Source: Azolla caroliniana (Eukaryota; Plantae; Polypodiophyta). Taken from it: a stretch of 64,000 nt of DNA. The number at the start of each line of letters is the position of its first letter. Position 1 is the first letter of the stretch. Where the stretch lies: assembly GCA_043228905.1 (NCBI GenBank), contig JBHGNT010000022.1, forward strand, positions 8,680,001 to 8,744,000. Direction: 5' to 3'. The notes under the pieces are model-generated. The model did not search any database and had not been told where the DNA came from. It saw only the letters and a program-made list of their open reading frames with translations. Of the stretch, positions 23,029 through 34,042 are shown one piece after another. Made by a program: the position numbers and the translations under genes.

Positions 23029-24198
23029 AGAGGAGAAGAGATTTGCAGATACACAAAAGGAAGAAGGAAAGAGAAAGAAATGGCAGACTTAATTACAGTA
23101 ACAGTCGATTACAATATCAAGAGATTACAAACTCTGACGATTACAACCGGCAAGGTAGCGATGGACCTGACACGGGGATCCTACTCACGCACACAGAAAG
23201 AACACATTGGACGCCAAAAAAAAAAATGTAGAAGGGAGAGCCTCTGCTGGCAGCGCACGGGCTACCCCCGAAGCAGAGGCGTCGAACTCCCAGCACCCAC
23301 AGAGAATGACGATCCGAGGAGGAGAGAGAGCTTGGCACTCGGTCCTGCAACCCTTCGTCCTCCTTAACGCGTTGTCGTAGTGTAGGTTGCACACTATGTG
23401 GAAATTATATTTTTGTCCCTCCGGATAGAGAATGGAGTGCTCGGTGAGAACCGGAAGAAAACGGCATACCGGCAAGGAGGAAAACGGCATACCGGCAAGG
23501 AAGAGCCGGATAAAGAGACATAAATGTAAAAAGAAAGGAAATACTCACTACTACGCAGGGCGTGATTCGAACTCTGCACCTCCACGTTGACAAACCCCAA
23601 CCTTACCATTACATTAACTTATCTTAAGTGTTTTAAATATAGATTTAATACGTATAAGACCTTTATTTATGCATACCTTTATTAAAAGGTAAATCGTGTA
23701 TTTTTTTTAATATATGAAAAAGAAAAACACGAGACACTAAAAATAACTCATGCACATCTAGCGTGCATGAGCCCTATACTTAGGAAATAAAAAAGCATCA
23801 CATGCACACTTAGTGGACATGAACACTTTTTGTAAAGAAAAAAAAAGCATGAAGCCATGCTTAGCTCTTCTTTCCTTATATAAGGAGGAGAGAAATATGT
23901 AAAGGGTTGTTGATTATTTGGATTAATAATTGATCAATACAAAAATTATTCGTGGGATTCACGATTTATACATCTACTTCTCTCTTAACACCCTAAGTAC
24001 CAATTAATATAGTATACTCGTGTGATTCACGAGTTTCTTATCTTTCTCTTTGCTATTTACTCATAATTAATCTCTATCTCACGAACTTCTTTCTCCTAGT
24101 CCAAGACCTTTGTGGTTCCCACCCGACTCACGCAACGATCCGGAGCCGAAAGGCACGACACAGTTGGTGAACCCGACATGAAGACGGGTGGCAAGGAG

Positions 24199-26238
24199 AT
24201 GGAGGCTCAACAAGCTAACAATATGATGGCGATGTTCGAATGGATGCTTCAAGAACAACGCACGATGTCGGAGATTTCAGCATCAGTAGAGCGGCTCGTG
24301 CAACGCAACGGGCAATTTAATGGTAAGGATGTGTCGCGATATTTGCAGGACTACAAGGCGGAGATGCTCCGGTGCCGGGCTTCGGAAGGACTGCAAGTGA
24401 CATCCTTTAACCGGGTGGCGACCGACGGGCTTCAAAGGAGTATCCACGGGTTGCAACAACAAAATCCGACGTGGGAAGCATTCGAAGAGGCGTTAAAGAC
24501 CACGTTTGCCATCGAGGACTCCTCCAAGGCAACGCGGAGGGGATTCGAGGATTGGGTGGAAATGTTAGGTAAGGGGCTGAAGGTCCTCGAAGTGTTTTCG
24601 ACATTCGAAAGTCGGTTCGGGAGGTTGTCCGCGAGAGATCAAACTATTCTTGCACCGGACAAAGTCATCATGTTTTTGCGAGCTGTGGACGTCCGGGACC
24701 GGAAAGATCTCGGAGTGCTTCTTGAGGACACGACCACCGAAAGCGGCCTCACCGAAACATGGGAAAGCGTGCGGGATATCGTCGCGCGGTACACGAAGAG
24801 GGGGCAATGGCTTGCCAACGAAGAAAAGAGGGTTTCGGAACCGATTCCGAAACCGAGAACGGGACTGGAAGACCATCAACCGAGGGCTCGGGAGATTACG
24901 GCCGAGAAGGGAGTCGACGCGTCTACGGTGGAGCAGCTGCTGAAGGAGATGGAGAATCTAAAGATCGCGATGGTGAAGAAGTCGGATGACCGCCCCACAA
25001 GCTCCAAATATACGGATCGACGGTGCATATGGTGCGATAGCGCCGAACACGATCGGAGGGATTGCGACGACCATAAGGAGGCGCTACGACGGGATCTCAT
25101 CTACTACGAGGGAAACCGGATTCATTCGATGGACTCTCGGAAGCCACTCCGACCGAACTTCCGGAAAGGCGGCATGAAGAAGGTGCTCGAGGAGGAGTTA
25201 GCGGCAAGAAGCAACTATGCGACAACCGCGGGAATATGTGTCGGGGAGTCAACGGGAGCGAAGGCGTCTTTCTGGCCGGAGGTGCTAGGAAACACCGAGA
25301 AAACCGACTCCAACGATATCCGAAACACCGCGGAAGGCGTCCGGGAAGCTACGGGATGGGAGTGCCCTGTCGACAAGAATAGCATATACGCCCTGTGTCA
25401 ATTACATGAGGTGTATGTGGACGAGAAACGACGGCGCACGGAGGATGCGGCCGGACCATCGAAGATACCGGAAAGCTGGAACTCCGGAGGTAAGGGAAAA
25501 GAAAAGGCGACTCCGGCATTCAAGCTCGCCTCGGACATAGAACAACAAACCGACTTGAAAAGAGTGTTCGAGGAAAGAATCTTGGATAGCCGGGTAGATT
25601 TTTCGCTGCGGGAACTACTCGGAATAGCGAAGAAGGAGTTTCACGATCTTCTCGTGGATCTCGTGAAAAGGAAGAGACAAAGTACGGAGGAAAATGCTCC
25701 AAGGGTGAATGCAAATACCGTTTCAATGAACGACACCGAAGTGGAAGGCGAAATTCCGAACTCCCACTATACAAGGCCACACTGGGCACGTGCGACTACG
25801 AAGACTCCGGTCCGAATCGGCAACATCAAAGAACCCGTGCTAGCATTGATTGATCACGGATCGGAGATCAACTTGATGTCCAAGGAGTTCTACCGAAAGG
25901 GGAAGTGGCCTATAAACACCAACCATGGATGGAAGATTCGGGCAGCCACGAAAACGACAGAAGACCTATTTGCGGCTTGTCCGGATGTGACGGTAAAGAT
26001 CGGGGATGTCGAAATTGACCAAAATTTCTTTGTGCAGGATGAGGTTTCACATTCTGTCATCCTCGGCCAACCCTTTATCACGGCTTCACGGATGGAGACG
26101 AAGGTGCTCGATAGTGGTGCGGCTTTTGCGCGAATTCGGAGCCAAAACGGAGGGAAATCCGTCCAATTCCTAACGGTGCCGGCAAATCACGAAAGGAACA
26201 AGAGGGAACTCTTGTCCCAAGTGAGAATGGATTTTTAA
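24199..26238 (+). CDS. gag-pro: Gag-protease ORF1 of element G
   Basis: Intact ORF; CIWCDSAEHDRRDC knuckle, ALIDHGSEINL aspartic protease, VILGQPF; ends G GAT TTT TAA. An upstream ATG at 24178 lies in the PBS. Confidence 0.88.
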   Translation: MEAQQANNMMAMFEWMLQEQRTMSEISASVERLVQRNGQFNGKDVSRYLQDYKAEMLRCRASEGLQVTSFNRVATDGLQRSIHGLQQQNPTWEAFEEALKTTFAIEDSSKATRRGFEDWVEMLGKGLKVLEVFSTFESRFGRLSARDQTILAPDKVIMFLRAVDVRDRKDLGVLLEDTTTESGLTETWESVRDIVARYTKRGQWLANEEKRVSEPIPKPRTGLEDHQPRAREITAEKGVDASTVEQLLKEMENLKIAMVKKSDDRPTSSKYTDRRCIWCDSAEHDRRDCDDHKEALRRDLIYYEGNRIHSMDSRKPLRPNFRKGGMKKVLEEELAARSNYATTAGICVGESTGAKASFWPEVLGNTEKTDSNDIRNTAEGVREATGWECPVDKNSIYALCQLHEVYVDEKRRRTEDAAGPSKIPESWNSGGKGKEKATPAFKLASDIEQQTDLKRVFEERILDSRVDFSLRELLGIAKKEFHDLLVDLVKRKRQSTEENAPRVNANTVSMNDTEVEGEIPNSHYTRPHWARATTKTPVRIGNIKEPVLALIDHGSEINLMSKEFYRKGKWPINTNHGWKIRAATKTTEDLFAACPDVTVKIGDVEIDQNFFVQDEVSHSVILGQPFITASRMETKVLDSGAAFARIRSQNGGKSVQFLTVPANHERNKRELLSQVRMDF

Positions 26239-29200
26239 AGCGGACTGTTGCGGAGTGGGGAAGTGATAGTCCGAGAAGCCCTGATACCCCACACAGGAAG
26301 AAAACTCTCGGAGCAAAACAAGTACGAATCGGCCCGGATGGGGCATCTACGTACACGGCCGTAACCGGAGGAATGAAGAAACAATACCGACAAGTGGAGG
26401 ATAAGTTACGGTCGGCATCAATAATAAAAGAAGACGAAGAAATCGTGGGAGTGATCGAGGAAGTGTTCTATGGGAATACACTACAACGGCTTGAAGAGCT
26501 TGCGGAAGATAAAAGCCAAGGGAACCGGGTAGTCCCGGTGGAATCGGTCGAGATGTACGAGATCGTTGCGAAAATGGGGCCGGATGCGCTCCGCAAAGAA
26601 GAAGCAATGGTAAGTACGAAATACAAGACCGTGGAGAAGAAGGTGAAACCGGCCGCGGGACCACTACCCGCCGATAGCGAACAAAAGAAGAAAGAAGTCT
26701 CGGGAGATCCGACACTTCGGAAGTCCGTGGATATCGGACATGCCTTCACAGATGAGACCCGGAAGAAACTTCGGATCGGTGGAGGTGGGTTCCTCTTACA
26801 AGAAGAAGAAAAACGGTTTCGAGAGATGTTGGAGCAACATGGCAAAGCATTCGCGTTCACATCGAGGGAGATCGGATGCATTGATCCAAAGATAGTGGAG
26901 CCGATGGTGATTTTCACGATTGATCATGTACCGTGGAACCTGAAGCCGATTCCGGTGCCACGGGCGCATATTCCGAAAGTCATCGACTTGCTCAAGGAGA
27001 AGGTGGCGATGGGGATTCTAGAGCCATCAAGTGCTCCGTACTCAAATCGATGGTTTACGGTTCCGAAGAAGAATGGGTCACTCCGATTCATCCAAGACTT
27101 GCAACCGGTGAACAAGGTCACGATCCGGAACTCGGGAGTCGGTCCGATAGTGGACGAATTCGCGGAAGCTTTTGTCGGACGTGCGATATACTCCATCGGG
27201 GACCTATACTCGGGGTATGACCAATTCCAACTAGCCGTGGAGAGCCGAGACATCACTACCATGCGGACACCGATAGGACTAGTTCGAATGTGCACACTAC
27301 CACAAGGAGCGACAAACTCGGTTGCACATATGATGAACGCGATGAACAAGGTGCTTCGAGATTGCATCCCGGAGATAACGATGCCGTTTCTAGATGACAT
27401 TCTGATGAAAGGATGCGCGGTGGAAGAAAAAGATGAGACTATGGATGATCGGGGATGCCGAAAGTTCGTGGTCGACCATATTCATGATTGCGAGAAAGTG
27501 TTGTGAAAGCTAGAAGATGTGCACCTAACACTTTCCGGGGAGAAATCGGCATTCGGGCAAGAAGAAATATTGGTGGTCGGACATCTATGTGGACCCTACG
27601 GCCGAAGACCGTCACCAACAAAGATCGATGCGATTCAAGCTATGAAGGAAGTATGTGAGTCAACATCGGAAGTCCGAAGGTTTCTGGGTGCGTGTGCATT
27701 CTATCACATATGGATTCCGCACTATGCACATATAGCGGACCCGCTCTATCACTTGTTGCGGAAAGGTAAGAAATTCGAATGGAAACCGGAACACACTAAA
27801 GCCATGAGGAAGCTCAAGAAGACACTATGGAGGGCGGAATCACTTAAGAAGCCAAGCTACGAGCGGCCAATCATATCGGGAAGATGCTACAAGAGGTCGA
27901 GGATTCAACCAATGATAAAGAAAGGAGAGCCGAGATCCGAAGGAAGAAGAGGCAAGTCCAAAAGTTCTTCTTGGAAAACGGTTTAATATGGAGGACGCCG
28001 AAAAGACCGGATGGGATACCACTTCGAGTAGTCGGGACGAAAGAGCAACGAAACCGGATAATGTCCGAGTTCCACGAATCCGATTGGGCTGGACATCGAG
28101 GAACATGGGCAACTTTTGTGAAAATCAAGCAAAGATATTGGTGGAAGAACATGTATAAAGATGTCGCGGAGTTCACAGAAAGCTGCGAGAAATGTCAAGT
28201 CTACTCCGGGGTCCGACACCGAGATGAGCTGCATCCGACATTCTCACCGACAATCAACTTCAAGTGGATGGTCGACATTGTAGCTATGCCGACCGGGATT
28301 GGACAAAAGAAATACTTGGTGTTAGCTCGAGAAGATCTCACAAACCAAGTTGAAGGTCGAGCGCTTCGGAGGAAAACGTGTGCCGCGGTGTGCCAATTTC
28401 TTTTGGAAGAAGTGTTTTGTAGGTACGGCTGCGTAGGACAAGTGATTGCGGACCGGGGAGAACTCGACTCGGACAAAGCTAGGGGATTCTTCGCCAAACA
28501 TGGAGTTCGGTTAACGTTGACAACGGCCTACAATCCGGAGGCCAATGGGAAGATCGAACGAGGACATAGTCCGATCGTGAAAGCACTTGCGAAGGCATGC
28601 GACGGAAGGGTGAAGGATTGGCCACAAATGCTTCCGTATGCACTATGGGCGGATCGGACGACGCATAGCTCCGTGACCGGTTACATGCCGGCAGAACTCA
28701 TGACAGGACAAGCACCGGTAATGCCAACGGAAACCGCAATCGCGACATGGACAATACTACCGTGGAAGGAAGAGATGAGCCGGGAAGAACTACTAGCGGT
28801 CCGGATACGACAACTGGAGGGAAGACCGAAAGATGTAGCGGAAGCGTCACGCCGACAACAAGAAGCACGATTCCGGAACAAAAGCCGGTTCGACACAAAG
28901 CACCGACTACGACCGAGGAGGATTGAAGAAGGAGATTGGGTGATCGTCTATGATAGTAGCTTGGACCATCAACATACAACGATGCGGAAATTCGCGAAAA
29001 GGTGGTTCGGGCCGTACGAGGTTCGAAAGGTCTTCGACAACGGGACGTACCGACTGTCCGAGTTGGATGGAACAATACTACGAGTGCCTATAGCCGGGAA
29101 GCGGGTGAAGATTTTCAAGAAGCGGACCGACGACAAACCTTATGTGATCCAAGTCGAGGCCGACAACGAGGAGCAATCGGACGAAGACCACAATGATGCG

Positions 29201-29347
29201 GGAAGCGAAGAAAGTGGATTACAACTCATAGTCGACATAAGGGGAGAATCGGAGGAAGCTTCGGATGAAGACGGATACGAAGAATCAAGAACTTCGGCAC
29301 ATACCGGAGGATGTGCGGGTTTGGAGGGGGCGAGTGTCGTAGTGTAG
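26235..29347 (+). pseudogene. pol: pol of element G (RT with in-frame TGA, RNaseH deleted, intact integrase)
   Basis: DLYSGYDQF, LPQGATNS, FLDD; TGA at 27504-27506; frameshifting deletion near 27872; integrase H-H-C-C, ADRGE, NGKIERGH, WFGPY, acidic tail and no chromodomain. Confidence 0.88.
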
Positions 29348-31150
29348 GTTGCACACTATGTGGAAATTATATTTTTGTCCCTCCGGATAGAGAATGGAGT
29401 GCTCGGTGAGAACCGGAAGAAAACGGCATACCGGCAAGGAGGAAAACGGCATACCGGCAAGGAAGAGCCGGATAAAGAGACATAAATGTAAAAAGAAAGG
29501 AAATACTCACTACTACGCAGGGCGTGATTCGAACTCTGCACCTCCACGTTGACAAACCCCAACCTTACCATTACATTAACTTATCTTAAGTGTTTTAAAT
29601 ATAGATTTAATACGTATAAGACCTTTATTTATGCATACCTTTATTAAAAGGTAAATCGTGTATTTTTTTTAATATATGAAAAAGAAAAACACGAGACACT
29701 AAAAATAACTCATGCACATCTAGCGTGCATGAGCCCTATACTTAGGAAATAAAAAAGCATCACATGCACACTTAGTGGACATGAACACTTTTTGTAAAGA
29801 AAAAAAAAGCATGAAGCCATGCTTAGCTCTTCTTTCCTTATATAAGGAGGAGAGAAATATGTAAAGGGTTGTTGATTATTTGGATTAATAATTGATCAAT
29901 ACAAAAATTATTCGTGGGATTCACGATTTATACATCTACTTCTCTCTTAACACCCTAAGTACCAATTAATATAGTATACTCGTGTGATTCACGAGTTTCT
30001 TATCTTTCTCTTTGCTATTTACTCATAATTAATCTCTATCTCACGAACTTCTTTCTCCTAGTCCAAGACCTTTGTGGTTCCCACCCGACTCACGCAACGA
30101 TCCGGAGCCGAAAGGCACGACAGCGTGATCCCTATTCTTCCTTCTCTCCCTCCTTAAATAGTTCGCAAAAAGGGGGTGCCCCTTTCTCCCTAGTCAAAAC
30201 CGCTTTATTCCCTGTCCTTTTCGACAGAGATACGCACAATCCTAACTTGTGTCTTTTTCTCCGATTCCGCCTATGGCCGGTTTCCTTCACGACAGCGCGG
30301 CTTACCTTCTCAGGAGAAAAATCAGCCTTCAGACAGTCGGGGATCCTGGTAGTCGGACACCTGTGCGCCCCTTTCGGCCGAAATCCGTCCCCGGCAAAGG
30401 TAGAAGCCATCTCCGTGATGAAGGATGATTGCGGGTCGGTCACCGAGGTGCGACGGATCCTTGGAGCATGTGCGTTCTACCACATCCAGATTCCGCACTA
30501 CGCGCATGTCGCGGAACCGCTCTACGGGTTGCTGAAGAAAGGGCGTAAATTCGAGTGGAGAGACGATCACATGGAGTCCGTCCAGAGACTGAAGGAGGCG
30601 CTCGCCGGGGCATCAGCTCTCTGGAAAGCTATTTACAGTAAGAAAGTCCCCATTTACGTGACGGTGGACACGAGCCCGACCGGGATCCGGTGGGTGATCA
30701 ATCAAGAAGACGAAGACGGCGTACGGTTCCCGATCCGGTTCGAGGCAAAGGTATTGAGCGAGCGGTAGCGAGGATACGCCCAATCAAGCGCAAACTATGA
30801 GGTATCGTTTCAGCAGTTAAGGCCGACAAGGACTATCTGATCGGGACGGAAGTGATCATCGAGACAGACTGCCTACCGATTCTGGGGATGGTTTCCGGAT
30901 GCGCGACTCCAGACCTGGCGATGCTCAGGTGGATCGCATACATCAAGTCCCTAAACCCGAAGATACGACACATCTCCGGAAACGATAACGCCATGGCCGA
31001 TATGCTTTCAAGGGCGAGGTTCAACGACGAGGACGGCATGGTTTCGGATAACGAAGAAGTCGGTGAGGACTTCTTCGGGTCAGCTAACATAACAACAAGA
31101 AAGGGGAGAACTCCGGCACTTAACGAATTCGACGAGAGCAAGTACAACGG

Positions 31151-31219
31151 TGTCGCGTTGGTATGCGCGTGCGTGGAGAACAAGGCGGGACCACTGGGGT
31201 CTTGGACTGAGGAATAGGT

Positions 31220-31258
<39 letters not shown>

Positions 31259-31849
31259 CACTCACACACGTATAGACAAAGAAGCGCACGCGGACGTAGC
31301 CCAACAACACAGGAGACACGAGTTGAGAACGCTAGCGTATGTATATAAATATGTGTATGTATTTGTATGTATGCAAACGACTCGAACGGTTACAGCCGAT
31401 CAGGTCGGCGAGATGGATGTCGGCGCCTGATCACCCATGCACACAGGAGAGCAAGATGGAGATTCTGCCGGAAGCACACGGGCGTTCCACGGAGCAGGAT
31501 CAGCCTCCTGAGAACCTGCGCAAAAGAAAGCTATGGAGAACGATAGAGAAGAAGAGGTCGGTCCCAGTCCGACAGCACTTCGTCCCCTCTAGCGCGCGAT
31601 ACCTTCTCTCCCCCATCTCCCTCTCTTTTATTGCTCAAGGAGGGTGGCCATTTCACCCGTTTACATCAAATTAATTCTCTGTCCTTTCGGACAGAGATAC
31701 TCCTCAATTTCCCCTATAGAATATTGCTACCTAGGATTTGACCTTTGTGCCTACCTATCCACTATACAACAAGGGGTGTGCCGATGTGTAAGGGCCGGTT
31801 CACACACACCATACACGGTTTGCGCCTGGGGACGGTTTTCTTCACGACA
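31151..31849 (-). repeat. Solo LTR, TGTCG family (similar to LTRs of H and D)
   Basis: TGTCG...CGACA ends; 4-bp TSD ACGG at 31147-31150 and 31850-31853; reverse-complement similarity to 33357-34042. Confidence 0.88.
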
Positions 31850-32338
31850 ACGGGGAGTGGTTCCAGATCGGCGGGTTCCTGAAGACAATGACACCGGACA
31901 CGGCGTGGACGAAGGAATTTGGCCAACCGGATTCGGAAGAAAGCGTGCCAATTCTTCCTACGGGACAGGAGCATATGGAAGCACCCAAAGAAGAGAAATG
32001 GCATCCCGCTCCGAGTGGTGGCAAAGAAAGAGGAATAGGAAGAATTGCTGACTGTGTACCGCGAGAGTCCCTGGGTCAAACACCGCGGGACGTGGGCCAC
32101 ATTCGAGAAGCTAAAGGGGAAGTACTGGTGGTTGGGACTATACCGGGACGTGCATCGGTTCGTGACGACTTGCGAAAGTTGTCAGGTGCACTCCATAGTC
32201 TGACATCGGGATGAGCTTCACCTGACCTACCCTCTGACCATCCACTTCAAGTGGATGGTGGATCTGGTGACGATGCCGATGGGGGTAGAGCAAATGTGGT
32301 ATCTGGTGCTGGCTTGGGAGGACCTGACGAACCAGGTG

Positions 32339-32510
32339 GAAGGCCGAGCGGTGCAGAGCAAAACGATCGCGGTCGTGTGCCGATTTCTAATCGAAGAAGT
32401 GGTATGCCGGTATGGGTGCGTAGGGAAGGTCGAGCTTTGCAGAGCAAAATGACCGCGGTCGTGTGCCGATTTCTGATCGAAGAAGTGGTATGCCGGTATG
32501 GGTGTGTAGG
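32339..32510 (+). repeat. 86-bp tandem duplication inside the integrase of H
   Basis: GAAGGYCGAGC...GGGTGYGTAGG repeated at 32339 and 32425 with several mismatches. Confidence 0.85.
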
Positions 32511-34042
32511 TAAGATCGTGGCCGACCGCGGGGAATTGGATGCGCAAGAGGCGGAAGAGTTGTTTGACCGGCTAGGAATTAAACTCTCGCTCACCACGGC
32601 GTATAATCCGGAGGCTAACGGGAAGGTGGGGCGCGGACATGGGCCGATCGTCAAAGTGTTAGTACGGGCGTGTGGAGGCCAAGTCGGGAATTGGCCGCGA
32701 CTCTTACCCTACGCGTTGTAGGCGGACTGAACTATGCACAGTTCGGTAACCGGGTTCATGCCGACAGAGCTAATGTACGGGCAGAAGCCGATCATGCCAA
32801 TGGAGCAGACAATCTCCTCATGGGCCACGATGGACTGGAAAGACAAGATGAGCCGGGAGGAGCTATTAGTGGCACGGATTCGGCAGCTGGAGTGAAGACC
32901 GGAGGACGTGGACCGAGCCGCGGAGAAGCTGCGGAGGGCGAGGGTAAAGAACAAAGGACGGTTCAACCGGACTCACCGATTGAGACCAAAGAAGATCAAC
33001 GAAGGCGACTGGGTGCTAGTGTATGATAGCAACCTCGACAACCAACACAGAGCAATGCGGAAGTTTGCATGAAGGTGGTTCGGGCCTTATGTGCTGAAAA
33101 GCGCCAATTACAATGGGACCTACCATCTCGCGGAGCTCGACGGGACAACGATGCCAGTACCGGTGGCGGGGAAGAGGATCAAAACATTCAAAAAGCAGCA
33201 CGAGGCTGAACCGAACCCAGACGACCTGGATGGCGAAAACGACCGGCACGAAACGGATGCCGATACGGAGGACGAAGGATGAGCATGGGCCGGTCTTCTC
33301 CAACAACAGTCTAATTTTGGCGCATACCGGTGGATGCGCAGTTAGGTGGGGGCGGATGTCGTGGAGAAAACCGTCCCTAGGCGGAAATCGCGTATAACGT
33401 GCGTAAACCGGCCCTTACACGTGGGCACAAGTTTTGTTGTATAGTATGTAGATAGGTACAAGTCGGCCGAGGTGAAATCCTATGTAGCACGCATTCAGTA
33501 GGGAGAAAATCGAGGCATATCCCTGTTCGAAAGGACAGGGAATAAACATGATGTAACGGGTGGTAACAGCCTCCCTCCTTGGGCTATAAAAGAGAGGGAG
33601 AGGTATTGAAAAAGATATCGCGTTTGTGGAGGACGAAGTGCTGCCGAACTGGAACTGAGCGCTTCTCCTCTCCTCTATCGTCTCCATAATCGTTCTGTGC
33701 AGGTTTCGGGAGGCTGACTCTGCTCCGCGGGATGCCCGAGTGCTCCCGGCAGAGCCTCCATGTCGCGTTTTGTGTGTGTGTGTGTGTGTGTGTGTGCGCA
33801 GGCGTCGGAGCCCATCACTCGTCGACTTGCCGGTTGTAACACCTTGATTTATATATACATAAACATTCGTTCTGTCTGCATCTTGCGTTCTATAGCTAGT
33901 TGCAATTCCTGTGATTATGTGGGTCTGTGCGCGGGTGAATTCCATCATTAGTTTCCTTCCCCTCCCATCATTCGGTTATTTCTCGGTCCGAGGCCCCGGT
34001 GGTCCCGCCTTGTTCTCCACGCACGCACGTAACAACACGACA

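Larger units (their letters stand above)
23373..30122 (+). mobile_element. TGTCG-family Gypsy element G (6750 bp; non-chromoviral, Phygy/Selgy-like by inference), internally deleted
   Basis: 788-bp LTRs 23373-24160 and 29335-30122 with no differences seen; 4-bp TSD GCGT; PBS-Trp 24165-24182; PPT; inserted in the LTR of D. Confidence 0.94.
8319..30294 (-). mobile_element. TGTCG-family Gypsy element D, degenerate, in pieces (8319-9183, 19721-23372, 30123-30294), hosting E and G
   Basis: 5' LTR 22932-23372 plus 30123-30294; PBS-Trp at ~22910-22927; gag-PR 22914-20752; RT continuous across the E insertion (TSD ACATC); RNaseH to 8319; 3' end deleted; outer flank GCGC. Confidence 0.85.
30295..34042 (+). 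mobile_element. TGTCG-family Gypsy element H, 3' half (RT end, RNaseH, INT, 3' LTR 33357-34042), degenerate
   Basis: ARLTFSGEKS, VTVDTSPTG, ETDCLP, ADMLSR, integrase motifs with stops; PPT GGTGGGGGCGGA; LTR TGTCG...CGACA; flank ACGT; inserted in the 3' LTR of Copia J. Confidence 0.86.

Noticed and set aside
22860-23609. Short ORFs with RERERE, SLSLSL or VCVC runs (also ~4580, 8200, 31200, 33400, 59100)
   Set aside because: They are translations of (GA)n or (GT)n microsatellites within LTRs.
23554-23618. Functional tRNA genes in LTRs
   Set aside because: Acceptor and anticodon stems do not pair. Reported as tRNA-like promoter modules only.
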